A stretch of DNA of 64,000 nt from Bacilli bacterium (GTDB lineage Bacteria > Bacillota_I > Bacilli_A > RF39 > UBA660): contig JAFRUZ010000002.1 in assembly GCA_017438635.1 (NCBI GenBank), forward strand, positions 67,232-131,231. The letters are read 5' to 3'. The number at the start of each line of letters is the position of its first letter. Positions within the stretch are counted from its first letter, which is position 1. The position numbers and the translations under genes are program-made. The notes below the pieces were generated by a model. It ran no database searches. It worked only from the letters and a program-made list of their open reading frames with translations, and was not told the DNA's origin. Below, in pieces: positions 32,661 to 41,564 of the stretch.

Positions 32661-34486
32661 TTTTTTACAATAATTCGTGTATTTTTCCCTAAAATACTCT
32701 TAATAACTACATTATAACCAAGAGCTTTTAAACGTCTACTAAACTTATTTAGAGATACAGCTTTTAGATTACTATCGTCGCAATATTCTTCATAAGCCTC
32801 GTATACAGTTCCAACTGGGTTATTATTTATACTTGGATAATCATTTATATAAGCAAGTACACTATCATTATCTAAATAATACTGTTTAGTAGCCTCCTCA
32901 ATAGTTTTACTAACAGTCATTTCTAACTTATTAGCATATATTCTTTTGATACCAGCCAAACCTAAGTTAAGTAAATAACTTTTTGCTTTATCACTACTAA
33001 GTAAATCGTCTAAGTTATATACACGAGATTTAACTTTATTATCAAAAGGTATTATGAGTAGTCTACGTCCTATACCTTGAGATTTATCTTTAAAAACTGG
33101 TGGCTCATTAGCGGTAAATATAAGTGTTGCTGTATTTTTAAGTGTTATGGGCTGACTATAAATAGCTCTAGCTCCAACCGTATTACCACTAGCCATAGTT
33201 TTTAGATTTTTAGATTTCTCTAGGTAAATAGCGTCCACATCGTCAGCAACATTTACGATCTTACCAATTAAAGATGTAAGAGAGGTACCGTCGTCAAAAT
33301 TAGCAATATCTATATGACTGGATAACTCGCCAGTCCACTTAGTTATCATTTCAACAAAAGTACTTTTACCATTGGCTCCACTACCAGTTAAGAAAAATAT
33401 TTTGTGAGGAAAACGGTCAACAAGTAAAATGTGTCCCAAAATCTCCTCAATAACAAGTCTCATATCTTTACGGTTACAACATATAAAGTTTAAAAAGTTA
33501 TCAACATTTTCGTCATAAGCCTCAGGATCATAACTAACATCTAAATAAAATGGTGTAAAACCACAATCATAATCAACAACATTGTCCTCAACTATAACTC
33601 CGTTTCTTAGTTTGACTAAAAACTTATTCTTTTTATCAATTAGTTCAGCATAAATATACAATTGAGCCTCTAATTCGGTCATTTGACTACGCCTAAGTTT
33701 AAGATATTTGTTAATTGCTTTGTTTAATTTAATTCTATCTTTAGAATAATTAAGACCGTCTCTAAAATATAAACTATAATTGTATATTTTAATATCTAGT
33801 TCTTTAACTATAAACTCAGCAAAACTTATCATATCTTTAGGATCGCCATTATATTGACCATTTGCGTTAGTTTCTAGTGAGCTTACACTTTCAATTAAAG
33901 TACTAAGTTCCTTTTTCTTTAATTTATCGGCTAATATTACATCATTTATAAAGTTACCTATTTCTACAACATCTAGTTCTTTATATTGCTCTCGTATTAA
34001 CCTTAAATGATAGAATAAAGCGTTATTTCTTCCGTCTCCCTCTTCAAGTCCACTAATATTTTTGGCTTTAGGAAGCGGATACATTAAAGTAGGTAAAACT
34101 GGTAGAGCCTTAAGAGTTAATTCTCCGCTTCGTTCACGTTCTTTACCTTTATGCTTAACAATAGCGTAAGATTTAGTTCCTGTTTTATAATCTACTTGAA
34201 AACCACCTATTGTTATTTTGTCAGCTCCATTTTTTATATTTATGCCCTCGGGTTTAGAGTAATAGAAATGTATACCTCTAGTTGTCTTAATTGTAAGGGT
34301 TGGGTAGTGTTGTTTAAAATAGTTAATTATTTCTTCTTCATTGGCGTTATCGTTATCAAAATCTACAACTACAACTTTATTATTAAGTAATAAACCAGCG
34401 TTATTTAATTTATCTAAAGAGGTATAAGTTGTATCAAAATTAGTAACGGGTTGTTTCTCGTCGTTTAATTCTAAATATTTTAACAT
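32657..34486 (-). CDS. bifunctional primase-polymerase / D5-P4-type helicase
   Basis: 609 aa. N-terminal VVVVDFDND prim-pol-like. Walker A FFLTGSGANGKSTF with P4-family primase C-terminal architecture. Confidence 0.8.
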   Translation of the reverse strand: MLKYLELNDEKQPVTNFDTTYTSLDKLNNAGLLLNNKVVVVDFDNDNANEEEIINYFKQHYPTLTIKTTRGIHFYYSKPEGINIKNGADKITIGGFQVDYKTGTKSYAIVKHKGKERERSGELTLKALPVLPTLMYPLPKAKNISGLEEGDGRNNALFYHLRLIREQYKELDVVEIGNFINDVILADKLKKKELSTLIESVSSLETNANGQYNGDPKDMISFAEFIVKELDIKIYNYSLYFRDGLNYSKDRIKLNKAINKYLKLRRSQMTELEAQLYIYAELIDKKNKFLVKLRNGVIVEDNVVDYDCGFTPFYLDVSYDPEAYDENVDNFLNFICCNRKDMRLVIEEILGHILLVDRFPHKIFFLTGSGANGKSTFVEMITKWTGELSSHIDIANFDDGTSLTSLIGKIVNVADDVDAIYLEKSKNLKTMASGNTVGARAIYSQPITLKNTATLIFTANEPPVFKDKSQGIGRRLLIIPFDNKVKSRVYNLDDLLSSDKAKSYLLNLGLAGIKRIYANKLEMTVSKTIEEATKQYYLDNDSVLAYINDYPSINNNPVGTVYEAYEEYCDDSNLKAVSLNKFSRRLKALGYNVVIKSILGKNTRIIVKK

Positions 34487-34500
34487 TTGTTATATCCTCC

Positions 34501-36222
34501 TTAATATAGATTTTTCTTACATAGATTTATATAATAATTTAAGTCTAGTTTTGATTTATCAAACTCTTTAATATCTCCGTTGTGTATTATGTTATGCTCA
34601 CTTGTATTAGCTATTTTTTGATAACTATCCCCCTTACGCTTGTATATACCCCAATATTTTTTATTATTAGTAGCAAATACACGATTAACTTTTTGTGTTG
34701 GTATGAGTTTGGTATCCCCCTCTTCGCCATACTCATAATACATACCGTTATATGTGCTACCCATTTTACAAACGATTTGAAAAGGGGCTAAATCGTTGTT
34801 TTTATATGTTTCAATAACTGTATCAGCAACACTTTTACCAAAAATGTAATAATTCACTAAAGCTCTATCAATAATAGTTAGTGAGTTTTGCATATAATTG
34901 CCACCCTCAAACTTACTAAAACGACCTTTAGCTTCAATATGCCCGTCTTCAAACTGTATAGCATAATTATTAACATCACGTTGAGCTATTTTAATTATTT
35001 TATCTATATCAAAAGTTAGTCCAAACCTTTTACCAAAATCAGTAACTATATCAACTATTGTTTGATAATTCTTAGGATCATATTTAACTACTAGTCCGTC
35101 AGTGTTGGACTGTATAAGCTGACAGTAGTCTTTTAATTCTAATATTAGTTGTGTTAATATTATTTGTCCGTTGATACATATATTGTTAGCTTGTTTAGGA
35201 TCAAAAAGCATATTATACTCACTTTTCATAGCCCCAAAAGTAGCGTTAATTAAGATTTTATATATTTTGTTTTTAGGATCCTTTTGAGCTTTGAGTTTAT
35301 AACGCATATCTCTTAAATGTGTAAAAGTTTGAGGCTCCTTACTTGCTCTACTCATATAATTATCAACAATAATTAAACTGGGATAGTAACTTGATACGTC
35401 AATATGTAGAAAGTTACCACTTTCATTGTATTTTTCTATTGCACCGTGTATCCCACCAAAAGCGTATACGTGAGGAACACCAGCAACATTTAGTTTTAAT
35501 TTACGAGTTTCTATTTCTTTATAATCTCCACCACACCTATAGTCATATTCACATTTTTTAAAAAAATCTTGTATTTCATTAGGTATAATATCCCAGTTAA
35601 TATTAGGATCATAATCTATATGTAGCCTGTCTCTTGGTATATCAGTTTTTTGACATTGTAATACTTTACTAGCTAAAATAGCTCTTGTTTTTTTAACATT
35701 TGGTATATCTAAGCCAAACTCATTGACTATCTCAAACTTGGCTTGAAAATAATCAGCACGTTTTTTAAACAATAACTCAGTGTCTTTAACGTCGTTCTTA
35801 CAATATTTAATAAGTAGTTCAAGTTCTTCCTTTGTGCAAGGTCTATCTAAATTAAAGTCAATAGGTGTTTCTACAATAGACATACCTAAGTTAGCTTGAC
35901 TTGATTTTAAACCTACCCCAAGTGGTAACTCTTGTATAACATCAAGAGTTATCATATTTAACTTATAATTAACTCTCTCATTATCTACAATAAGTTTTTT
36001 ACTTATTTCGTATGGATCTTTACCTAAAAGTACCCCCGCAAGTACAACGTCGTCATAATGATAGTTATTAAAGCCTACCAAGATAGCCTTAGATTTGTTA
36101 AGGCTATCTATATAAGCCTCTAGTTCTTTTTTATTATTATGTATTACCCGATAATCTTCGCCCTCTTTAAAAACCATTATCCAGTCATATTTTAAGACCT
36201 CAATATCGTACGTGATTATCAT
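34501..36222 (-). CDS. DNA polymerase, family B-like, with 3'-5' exonuclease motifs
   Basis: 573 aa. ExoI TYDIE, ExoII NNYHYDD, ExoIII KYCKNDVKD. Motif A DVSSYYPSL, motif B KILINATFGAM, motif C SNTDGLVV. Confidence 0.7.
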   Translation of the reverse strand: MIITYDIEVLKYDWIMVFKEGEDYRVIHNNKKELEAYIDSLNKSKAILVGFNNYHYDDVVLAGVLLGKDPYEISKKLIVDNERVNYKLNMITLDVIQELPLGVGLKSSQANLGMSIVETPIDFNLDRPCTKEELELLIKYCKNDVKDTELLFKKRADYFQAKFEIVNEFGLDIPNVKKTRAILASKVLQCQKTDIPRDRLHIDYDPNINWDIIPNEIQDFFKKCEYDYRCGGDYKEIETRKLKLNVAGVPHVYAFGGIHGAIEKYNESGNFLHIDVSSYYPSLIIVDNYMSRASKEPQTFTHLRDMRYKLKAQKDPKNKIYKILINATFGAMKSEYNMLFDPKQANNICINGQIILTQLILELKDYCQLIQSNTDGLVVKYDPKNYQTIVDIVTDFGKRFGLTFDIDKIIKIAQRDVNNYAIQFEDGHIEAKGRFSKFEGGNYMQNSLTIIDRALVNYYIFGKSVADTVIETYKNNDLAPFQIVCKMGSTYNGMYYEYGEEGDTKLIPTQKVNRVFATNNKKYWGIYKRKGDSYQKIANTSEHNIIHNGDIKEFDKSKLDLNYYINLCKKNLY

Positions 36223-36235
36223 AGCAACACCTCAC

Positions 36236-36655
36236 TTAACTAAGTGGCGTTACTTTATAATTTACAAAACCGCTACCACTTGTTTTTTTACTAACTATAG
36301 CTTGATTTCCAGCCATACCATTTAAAGTATCAGCTAAAGTTTCTAAATCAGTAAAACTTTCAACTGGTAATTGATAACCAAAATCATAAGCAAGTTTATT
36401 TATAGCTTTAATGCTTCGTTCAATAGTTTTTTCAGTAAAGAAATATGATACAAAAATATGTCTATTATCTTCATTATCTAACATACTAAAGTCTAAGCTT
36501 ATCCAAGCTGTCCCTTTTTCACTTTTTTTATTAGTTACTTTTTCAAGTAAGCAAGTATATTCTCCGTCAGCTATTTCCTCAAAATCGTCTACTTTATCAG
36601 TAGCTGGATCAAAATGTTCCATTGTTTTAGTCGCAATATTTAATAAATCGTCCAT
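36236..36655 (-). CDS. DUF669-like phage ssDNA-binding/accessory protein
   Basis: 139 aa. EIADGEYTCLLEKV...GTAWISLDFSML pattern. Usual neighbour of Sak4-type ATPases. Confidence 0.5.
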   Translation of the reverse strand: MDDLLNIATKTMEHFDPATDKVDDFEEIADGEYTCLLEKVTNKKSEKGTAWISLDFSMLDNEDNRHIFVSYFFTEKTIERSIKAINKLAYDFGYQLPVESFTDLETLADTLNGMAGNQAIVSKKTSGSGFVNYKVTPLS

Positions 36656-36657
36656 AA

Positions 36658-36831
36658 TTATTTACTCTCCTTTTCTTTAATTTCTTCTTTTGTTTTTTGT
36701 ATAAGATATTTTGTAGTAGGATCGTCCTCTACTTTTTTATTTTTGTAAAAACTACAGTTTTCACAGTCTTTTTTAATTAAAGCTCCGCAAGTAGTCTTAT
36801 CTATATAAGCAAAACAGTTTTCTTTATCCAT
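36658..36831 (-). CDS. small Cys-rich hypothetical protein (57 aa)
   Basis: Not in the track. Manual translation: MDKENCFAYIDKTTCGALIKKDCENCSFYKNKKVEDDPTTKYLIQKTKEEIKEKESK. Confidence 0.35.
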   Translation of the reverse strand: MDKENCFAYIDKTTCGALIKKDCENCSFYKNKKVEDDPTTKYLIQKTKEEIKEKESK

Positions 36832-36837
36832 ACCTAC

Positions 36838-37008
36838 TTACTCTCCCTTTTCCATTTTTCTTTTTCTTGCTTTATGCAAGTCTTCTTTTAACTTTTTATT
36901 TTCTTCGTTTAATTTTCCATAATCACTTTTAACAACTACCATAACTAGTATTGTAAAAAATGCTAATAAAGTCATAATTAGATATAATATAAACTCAAAT
37001 ACGTTCAT
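36838..37008 (-). CDS. small single-TM hypothetical protein (56 aa)
   Basis: Not in the track. Manual translation: MNVFEFILYLIMTLLAFFTILVMVVVKSDYGKLNEENKKLKEDLHKARKRKMEKGE. ATG overlaps the upstream stop (TAATG). Confidence 0.35.
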   Translation of the reverse strand: MNVFEFILYLIMTLLAFFTILVMVVVKSDYGKLNEENKKLKEDLHKARKRKMEKGE

Positions 37009-37706
37009 TATTTATCCTCCTTTTTTATAGTTTTTAATGTAGTTTGTCCAGTTTTAACTGGGGTATCAAAAACTCCTTTAATATTTTTAAGTATGGCTAG
37101 TACGTTTTTATCCTTAACGTCAGCCTCAATATAATTGTCGCGTTTACTATCACATATTTGTAAATACGTTTGTCCTACTTTTCTACATTTGATAGACATA
37201 TCACATCGTCCCATACACATATTGTAGTATTTTTGTTCTAGGCTAGGTCTTTCTATTGTTTGATTATTTTCGCTTATTTCAGTAATATGTGATATAAATA
37301 TTACGTTGTATGGTAATTGATTTAATCTTACCATTAACTTTTGCCAAGTCATTTTTACATCACGATAACCTTTACCATAAGGTACCTCGCCCTCGTCGTC
37401 TACACCATATTTTTTACATACATAGTTTTGTAACATTGTTTTAACATCGTCTACTAGATCGATAATTATTGTTTTAAAATCGTGTTTTCCCTCTTCAATT
37501 TCTTTTAAAACTTTTACAAAAGTCTCAAAGTCGTATACCTCAACACTTGGGGTATCAACTTTTTTAGCGTTTCCGTCAGTATTTATTATTACTGGACTTG
37601 GAAATTGTCGAGCCAAGTATGTTTTACCGCTCATACTTTGTCCCCATATAAAGAATACTTTAGGTGTAATATCTTTTACCTTAGGTTTATTTGCTGGTAA
37701 TAACAT
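37008..37706 (-). CDS. Sak4-like RecA-fold AAA ATPase (recombination)
   Basis: 232 aa. Walker A IWGQSMSGKTYLA, Walker B IIIDLVDD. Confidence 0.7.
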   Translation of the reverse strand: MLLPANKPKVKDITPKVFFIWGQSMSGKTYLARQFPSPVIINTDGNAKKVDTPSVEVYDFETFVKVLKEIEEGKHDFKTIIIDLVDDVKTMLQNYVCKKYGVDDEGEVPYGKGYRDVKMTWQKLMVRLNQLPYNVIFISHITEISENNQTIERPSLEQKYYNMCMGRCDMSIKCRKVGQTYLQICDSKRDNYIEADVKDKNVLAILKNIKGVFDTPVKTGQTTLKTIKKEDK

Positions 37707-37950
37707 TTTTATCTTCCTCCTTACTATGATATAATTCGCTTACGATCTTATTTAATTTTTTATCAATGATATTGGCGTTTTTAATAATTTGATAAAGTAA
37801 ACTGGTATACTCACTCCATAATCTAGTTTTAGAGTAATAGTCCCATTTTTCATTATCTTTGTAGCCACTCTCAAAGTGTTCCTCAAGTATATTAAGTAAA
37901 TCTATATTGATATTATTTTCTAATTGTATCTTTTCGAGTTCTTCTCTCAT
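37687..37950 (-). CDS. hypothetical phage protein
   Basis: 87 aa ORF, overlapping starts and stops on both sides. Confidence 0.45.
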   Translation of the reverse strand: MREELEKIQLENNINIDLLNILEEHFESGYKDNEKWDYYSKTRLWSEYTSLLYQIIKNANIIDKKLNKIVSELYHSKEEDKNVITSK

Positions 37951-38903
37951 TATTTGTCCTCCTTAGTAGTTATTAGGACATATCCTTTACGATTAGTTGT
38001 TTTTACTACTTTATATTTTTCGTATATTTTTGGCTCTTCGTCTTGTAGCTTTTTACTATCAACACTAACTGTGTCATAACTAGTTGGAGCTACTTTTGTT
38101 ATTTTTGTATTACCAAAATCAACGCTAATTAGACCTTTTTCTTCAAACATTTTATAGATTTTTTCTTTAATATCTTTATATTCTTTTTCAGTATTTTTAT
38201 AATCAGCAAGTGCTCTTTCTAACATAGCTACTTTATCACTTAATGCTATAAGTTCATTACCATAAAATATATTATTAAACTCTTCCTCACTCATATCAGG
38301 GTTGTTTTTTAATGCTTCTACAGCTTGTTTAAATGCGTTAATGCGTTTTTCGATTTTTTCCCATAATTTTGGATCTCTTTCAATAACGTGTTCTACAAGT
38401 CTAGTTTCGTCAAACTCAAAATTAAAATAAACATCTTCGTCTTCAAGTTCATAATCAACACCTGTATAAAAGTTTTCAGGTCTTTTATATCCTACAAGTC
38501 TACATTTTGGCTCGTTAAAGGTTTCCATATAAAATTGACATTGTGCCATATAATACTCGACGTCTAACTCTTCTCCAAAAGTTTTTACCTCAAGTATTGG
38601 TATGTCAGCGTCTCTATCTATTCCGTCAGTATTACCTCTATATCCACGTTCAGTATCAACGATAGTATCCTCTAAATAATTAACATCATATTTAGCATTT
38701 ATATAATCTCTGATAATAGGCTCCATTACTTGCCCATATTTAGTAAATTGATTACCTGTAAAGGTGTTTGGTATGATACCAGCTTTTTGTTTTGCAAAAT
38801 CAAATATATTTACACCATATTTGGCGTTAAGACCTAAGATACTTGGTAGATCGCTACCACCAACGTATTTATGTCTATCTACTGTTACGTTAGGGTTAGC
38901 CAT
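37950..38903 (-). CDS. YqaJ/lambda Exo-like PD-(D/E)xK exonuclease
   Basis: 317 aa. RHKYVGGSDLPSILG N-terminal YqaJ motif. DGID...ILEVKT catalytic-like segment. Confidence 0.7.
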   Translation of the reverse strand: MANPNVTVDRHKYVGGSDLPSILGLNAKYGVNIFDFAKQKAGIIPNTFTGNQFTKYGQVMEPIIRDYINAKYDVNYLEDTIVDTERGYRGNTDGIDRDADIPILEVKTFGEELDVEYYMAQCQFYMETFNEPKCRLVGYKRPENFYTGVDYELEDEDVYFNFEFDETRLVEHVIERDPKLWEKIEKRINAFKQAVEALKNNPDMSEEEFNNIFYGNELIALSDKVAMLERALADYKNTEKEYKDIKEKIYKMFEEKGLISVDFGNTKITKVAPTSYDTVSVDSKKLQDEEPKIYEKYKVVKTTNRKGYVLITTKEDK

Positions 38904-39184
38904 TATAACACCTCTATTTCTTCCTCAGTATTTACGATACTTTTAAACATTTTAAACTCGTTTTCACTAGTTTTTAATTGTTTTAAAACACTATTTTCAA
39001 GACCAGCTAAAGCAATAAGTAATGATACTTTGTTACCTTTTACTTTAACTTCAGCCCCGCCCTTTTTATTAGTTTTAACACTAATTTCACAAGGTATATT
39101 TTTTGCCTCATTTAATTTATTATCCATTTCTTCCATTAGTTTATCTTTTAAATTATCTAATAATTCCTTTAAATCTTTATCCAT
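38903..39184 (-). CDS. hypothetical phage protein
   Basis: 93 aa ORF. Its stop overlaps the start of the downstream exonuclease gene (37950..38903), and its own start overlaps the 3' end of the SNF2 gene (39177..40352). Confidence 0.45.
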   Translation of the reverse strand: MDKDLKELLDNLKDKLMEEMDNKLNEAKNIPCEISVKTNKKGGAEVKVKGNKVSLLIALAGLENSVLKQLKTSENEFKMFKSIVNTEEEIEVL

Positions 39185-40352
39185 TATTTAATTTCTCCTT
39201 TTCCCATAAATTATAATTAAAATCTTGTTTACTATCTAAAGCTTTATATATATCAGCCTCAATAGTACTATCAGTAACAAACTTATAAGCTGTTACTTTT
39301 TGTGTTTGTCCGTTACGATAACATCTTCCGTAACTTTGATAAAACTCCGTGTAGCTTTCAGTTGGGCTAAAATAAACAATAATATTAGCATAAGTAAACT
39401 CAACCGCTTCGCTTCCACTTTTATAATTAGCAAGTGTAACAGTATTTTTTATATTGTCCCACTCTTCTTTTTTTGGATAATCTTTTATAGCACCGTTGCA
39501 AACATAAGTTGTTTTAGCTATGTTTTCTTTTAATAGTTTAAACTCTTCGTCATAATTGTAAAAAATAATTATATTGTCGTTTGTGTTTTCAACAAACTCT
39601 TTGATATATTCAATTTTTGTTTTTAAATTAACGTTAAGTCTTAAACCGTGTCTTAATTTCATTTGATTATCATATAGGATCCCGTCATATATTCGATTTT
39701 TTTTAATTACTTTATATATTAAACTTGCTTTAAAATGTATATCTTCAAATACTAGTTGCGGTAGATCGGTAGCTTCGTCTTTACTTAAACGTCTTGATAT
39801 TGATTTCCACATATTAGTAAGTTTTGTTTCGTTTTGCCAGCCTATAATTTCCAAGTATCCATACTCCATAGATGTAATAGCATTGTTTCTTATAAATTGA
39901 GTTTTATTTTTGGTAAGTCCAAACATTTTAAAATAGTTAATGCTATCTTCCCACCCGTTTGGTATTGGTGTTGCACTTAGTAATATAAAACCACTACATA
40001 TTTTAGTAAGATTATATCCAGCCTTACCCCAAACACCAGTTGAGTTTTTTAATCTATGACACTCGTCAAATATTACAAAATAATTTTCATAATTTTTATA
40101 GTTTTTATTAAGCATATTGTAAGTGCAAGTTTCATATTTTATTTGAGGATAATGTTCAGCAATAGTACGTTGCCAGCCACCCTCATTGATCTTAGAAGCT
40201 GGAGCCACTATAACTAACTTTTTATCTTTAAAATATTTTTGGTGGTGTTCTAGTCCCATTATTGTTTTACCTGTTCCAGTATCCATATCATAGATATAAT
40301 TAGGTTTTACGTGTTTAAAATATTCTTCTTGATATTTATATAATGTTATCAA
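39177..40352 (-). CDS. SNF2-family helicase
   Basis: 391 aa. DMDTGTGKT (motif I), FDECHRL (motif II), SATP (motif III), C-terminal QSYGRCYRNGQ (motif VI). Confidence 0.8.
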   Translation of the reverse strand: MITLYKYQEEYFKHVKPNYIYDMDTGTGKTIMGLEHHQKYFKDKKLVIVAPASKINEGGWQRTIAEHYPQIKYETCTYNMLNKNYKNYENYFVIFDECHRLKNSTGVWGKAGYNLTKICSGFILLSATPIPNGWEDSINYFKMFGLTKNKTQFIRNNAITSMEYGYLEIIGWQNETKLTNMWKSISRRLSKDEATDLPQLVFEDIHFKASLIYKVIKKNRIYDGILYDNQMKLRHGLRLNVNLKTKIEYIKEFVENTNDNIIIFYNYDEEFKLLKENIAKTTYVCNGAIKDYPKKEEWDNIKNTVTLANYKSGSEAVEFTYANIIVYFSPTESYTEFYQSYGRCYRNGQTQKVTAYKFVTDSTIEADIYKALDSKQDFNYNLWEKEKLNNG

Positions 40353-40614
40353 TTTCTTTACTTACGTCCTCAACACTCCTAGCCACTAAACTTATACCAC
40401 CAGCTTTTTTAATAGCCTCGATATTATAATCTTGTAGCGGAGATGTTTTACCTTTTTCGTTTTTAACCTCTATACCTATAAATCTACCTTTATAACAAGC
40501 CAATATATCAGGTACACCAACTTGACTAAATTGATTACCAAAATACTTAACGTAATATGCTCCTTTAGACTTTAAATATGCTTTGATTTTGTTTTCAATA
40601 TTTTTTTCTCTCAT
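40336..40614 (-). CDS. VRR-NUC domain nuclease
   Basis: About 92 aa from the ATG at 40614; the track uses an upstream TTG. GVPDILACYKGRFIGIEVKNEKGKTSPLQ is the VRR-NUC core. Confidence 0.7.
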   Translation of the reverse strand: MREKNIENKIKAYLKSKGAYYVKYFGNQFSQVGVPDILACYKGRFIGIEVKNEKGKTSPLQDYNIEAIKKAGGISLVARSVEDVSKEIDNII

Positions 40615-40650
40615 TTTGTGATACAATATAAATGTAAATAATGATCTATA

Positions 40651-40908
40651 TTATTTACGTGTACTATTTCTAATACTTTGGTCGGTGGCGGAAATAGTGC
40701 TTTTTGTTTGCTCTTCAAAATCAGCATATATTAAGGTTGCAACTCCACAAACTAATAAAAACGTGATAAAACCAAACCAAGTGAAGCCGTATAAGTTTCC
40801 TGTAATAACCATTTTTATAGTTAATATATAAATATCGTGTAGTATTACACATATACAAGCCATAAAAGTAATTAGTTTTAAAACGTTTATCCACTTAATC
40901 TTTTTCAT
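40651..40908 (-). CDS. small membrane protein (2-3 TM)
   Basis: 85 aa. WINVLKLITFMACICVILHDIYIL and FGFITFLLVCGVATLIY are hydrophobic segments. Confidence 0.5.
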   Translation of the reverse strand: MKKIKWINVLKLITFMACICVILHDIYILTIKMVITGNLYGFTWFGFITFLLVCGVATLIYADFEEQTKSTISATDQSIRNSTRK

Positions 40909-40917
40909 ATATCCTCC

Positions 40918-41154
40918 TTAATTTTTAGATATTTTTCTTAAATAATTTATATTTATATTTAGATAATCAAATAGTTTATCCATTGGAACAAGTCCTTTTG
41001 GTAAAAAATACTTATCGCCTAGTTGCTGTTTAATTTCTTGTTTTATAAGACCAGCTCTATTAGTTCCACAACAAGCTAATTTCTTTATGTCATTAGTATC
41101 AGCCCATTGTTTATTTAATAGATCTAGTGTTTCGTTAGCTGTTAATTTTTCCAT
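40918..41154 (-). CDS. small putative DNA-binding protein (DUF3173/excisionase-like pattern)
   Basis: 78 aa from the ATG at 41154, 6 nt after AAGGAGG (MEKLTANETL...). GTNRAGLIKQEIK...YFLPKGLVPMDKLFDYLNI. Confidence 0.35.
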   Translation of the reverse strand: MEKLTANETLDLLNKQWADTNDIKKLACCGTNRAGLIKQEIKQQLGDKYFLPKGLVPMDKLFDYLNININYLRKISKN

Positions 41155-41178
41155 AGTTTCCTCCTTGTCTTGACTGAT

Positions 41179-41195
41179 ACTCAATTTCTTTGAGT
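41179..41195. promoter_or_regulatory. operator-like palindrome O3
   Basis: ACTCAA-TTTCT-TTGAGT, perfect 6+5+6 inverted repeat at the 3' end of the cro-like gene. Confidence 0.5.
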
Positions 41196-41408
41196 TTTTA
41201 GAGTAAAAAAATAAATTCCAATTTCTTCGTCAGGTATTTCCAAGATTTCACAGCTTTTTGTTATTTCATTTTGTTTAAAGTCTACTTTGTTGTTCAATTT
41301 ACAGCTTAGTGTTCGCTCGGATATACCCAATTTGGTAGAAAACACAGCATTACTATCGCTCTTCTCTTTTATTCTACCAAGTAGCTTGGAATAGTCATAC
41401 TCATACAT
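41181..41408 (-). CDS. Cro-like HTH regulator
   Basis: 75 aa from the ATG at 41408 after AGAGGAGG (MYEYDYSKLLGRIKEKS...FSTKLGISERTLSCKLNN). Divergent from the cI-like gene. Confidence 0.7.
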   Translation of the reverse strand: MYEYDYSKLLGRIKEKSDSNAVFSTKLGISERTLSCKLNNKVDFKQNEITKSCEILEIPDEEIGIYFFTLKTQRN

Positions 41409-41432
41409 CTTATACCTCCTCTCTAACTCAAA

Positions 41433-41449
41433 ACTCAATACCTTTGAGT
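41433..41449. promoter_or_regulatory. operator-like palindrome O1
   Basis: ACTCAA-TACCT-TTGAGT, perfect 6+5+6 inverted repeat just downstream of the P(cro) -10 element. Confidence 0.55.
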
Positions 41450-41456
41450 TAATTTA

Positions 41457-41485
41457 ATCATAGCACGTTGCGTTTCCCTTGTCAA
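41457..41485 (-). promoter_or_regulatory. P(cro)-like early lytic promoter
   Basis: Minus strand TTGACA (41485-41480), 17-nt spacer, TATGAT (41462-41457). Confidence 0.6.
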
Positions 41486-41492
41486 CATAAAA

Positions 41493-41509
41493 GTTCAATT
41501 TTTTTGAGT
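41493..41509. promoter_or_regulatory. operator-like imperfect palindrome O2
   Basis: GTTCAA-TTTTT-TTGAGT. One half-site matches only 4 of 6 positions. Lies between the divergent promoters. Confidence 0.35.
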
Positions 41510-41515
41510 TTTTTT

Positions 41516-41544
41516 GTTGATTTTTTTGTAAACCGTGGTATAAT
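41516..41544 (+). promoter_or_regulatory. P(cI)-like lysogenic promoter
   Basis: TGGTATAAT extended -10 (TATAAT at 41539-41544) with TTGATT/GTTGAT as -35 at a 16-17 nt spacing. Confidence 0.5.
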
Positions 41545-41564
41545 AAGGTTGTGAGGTGGTAGTT

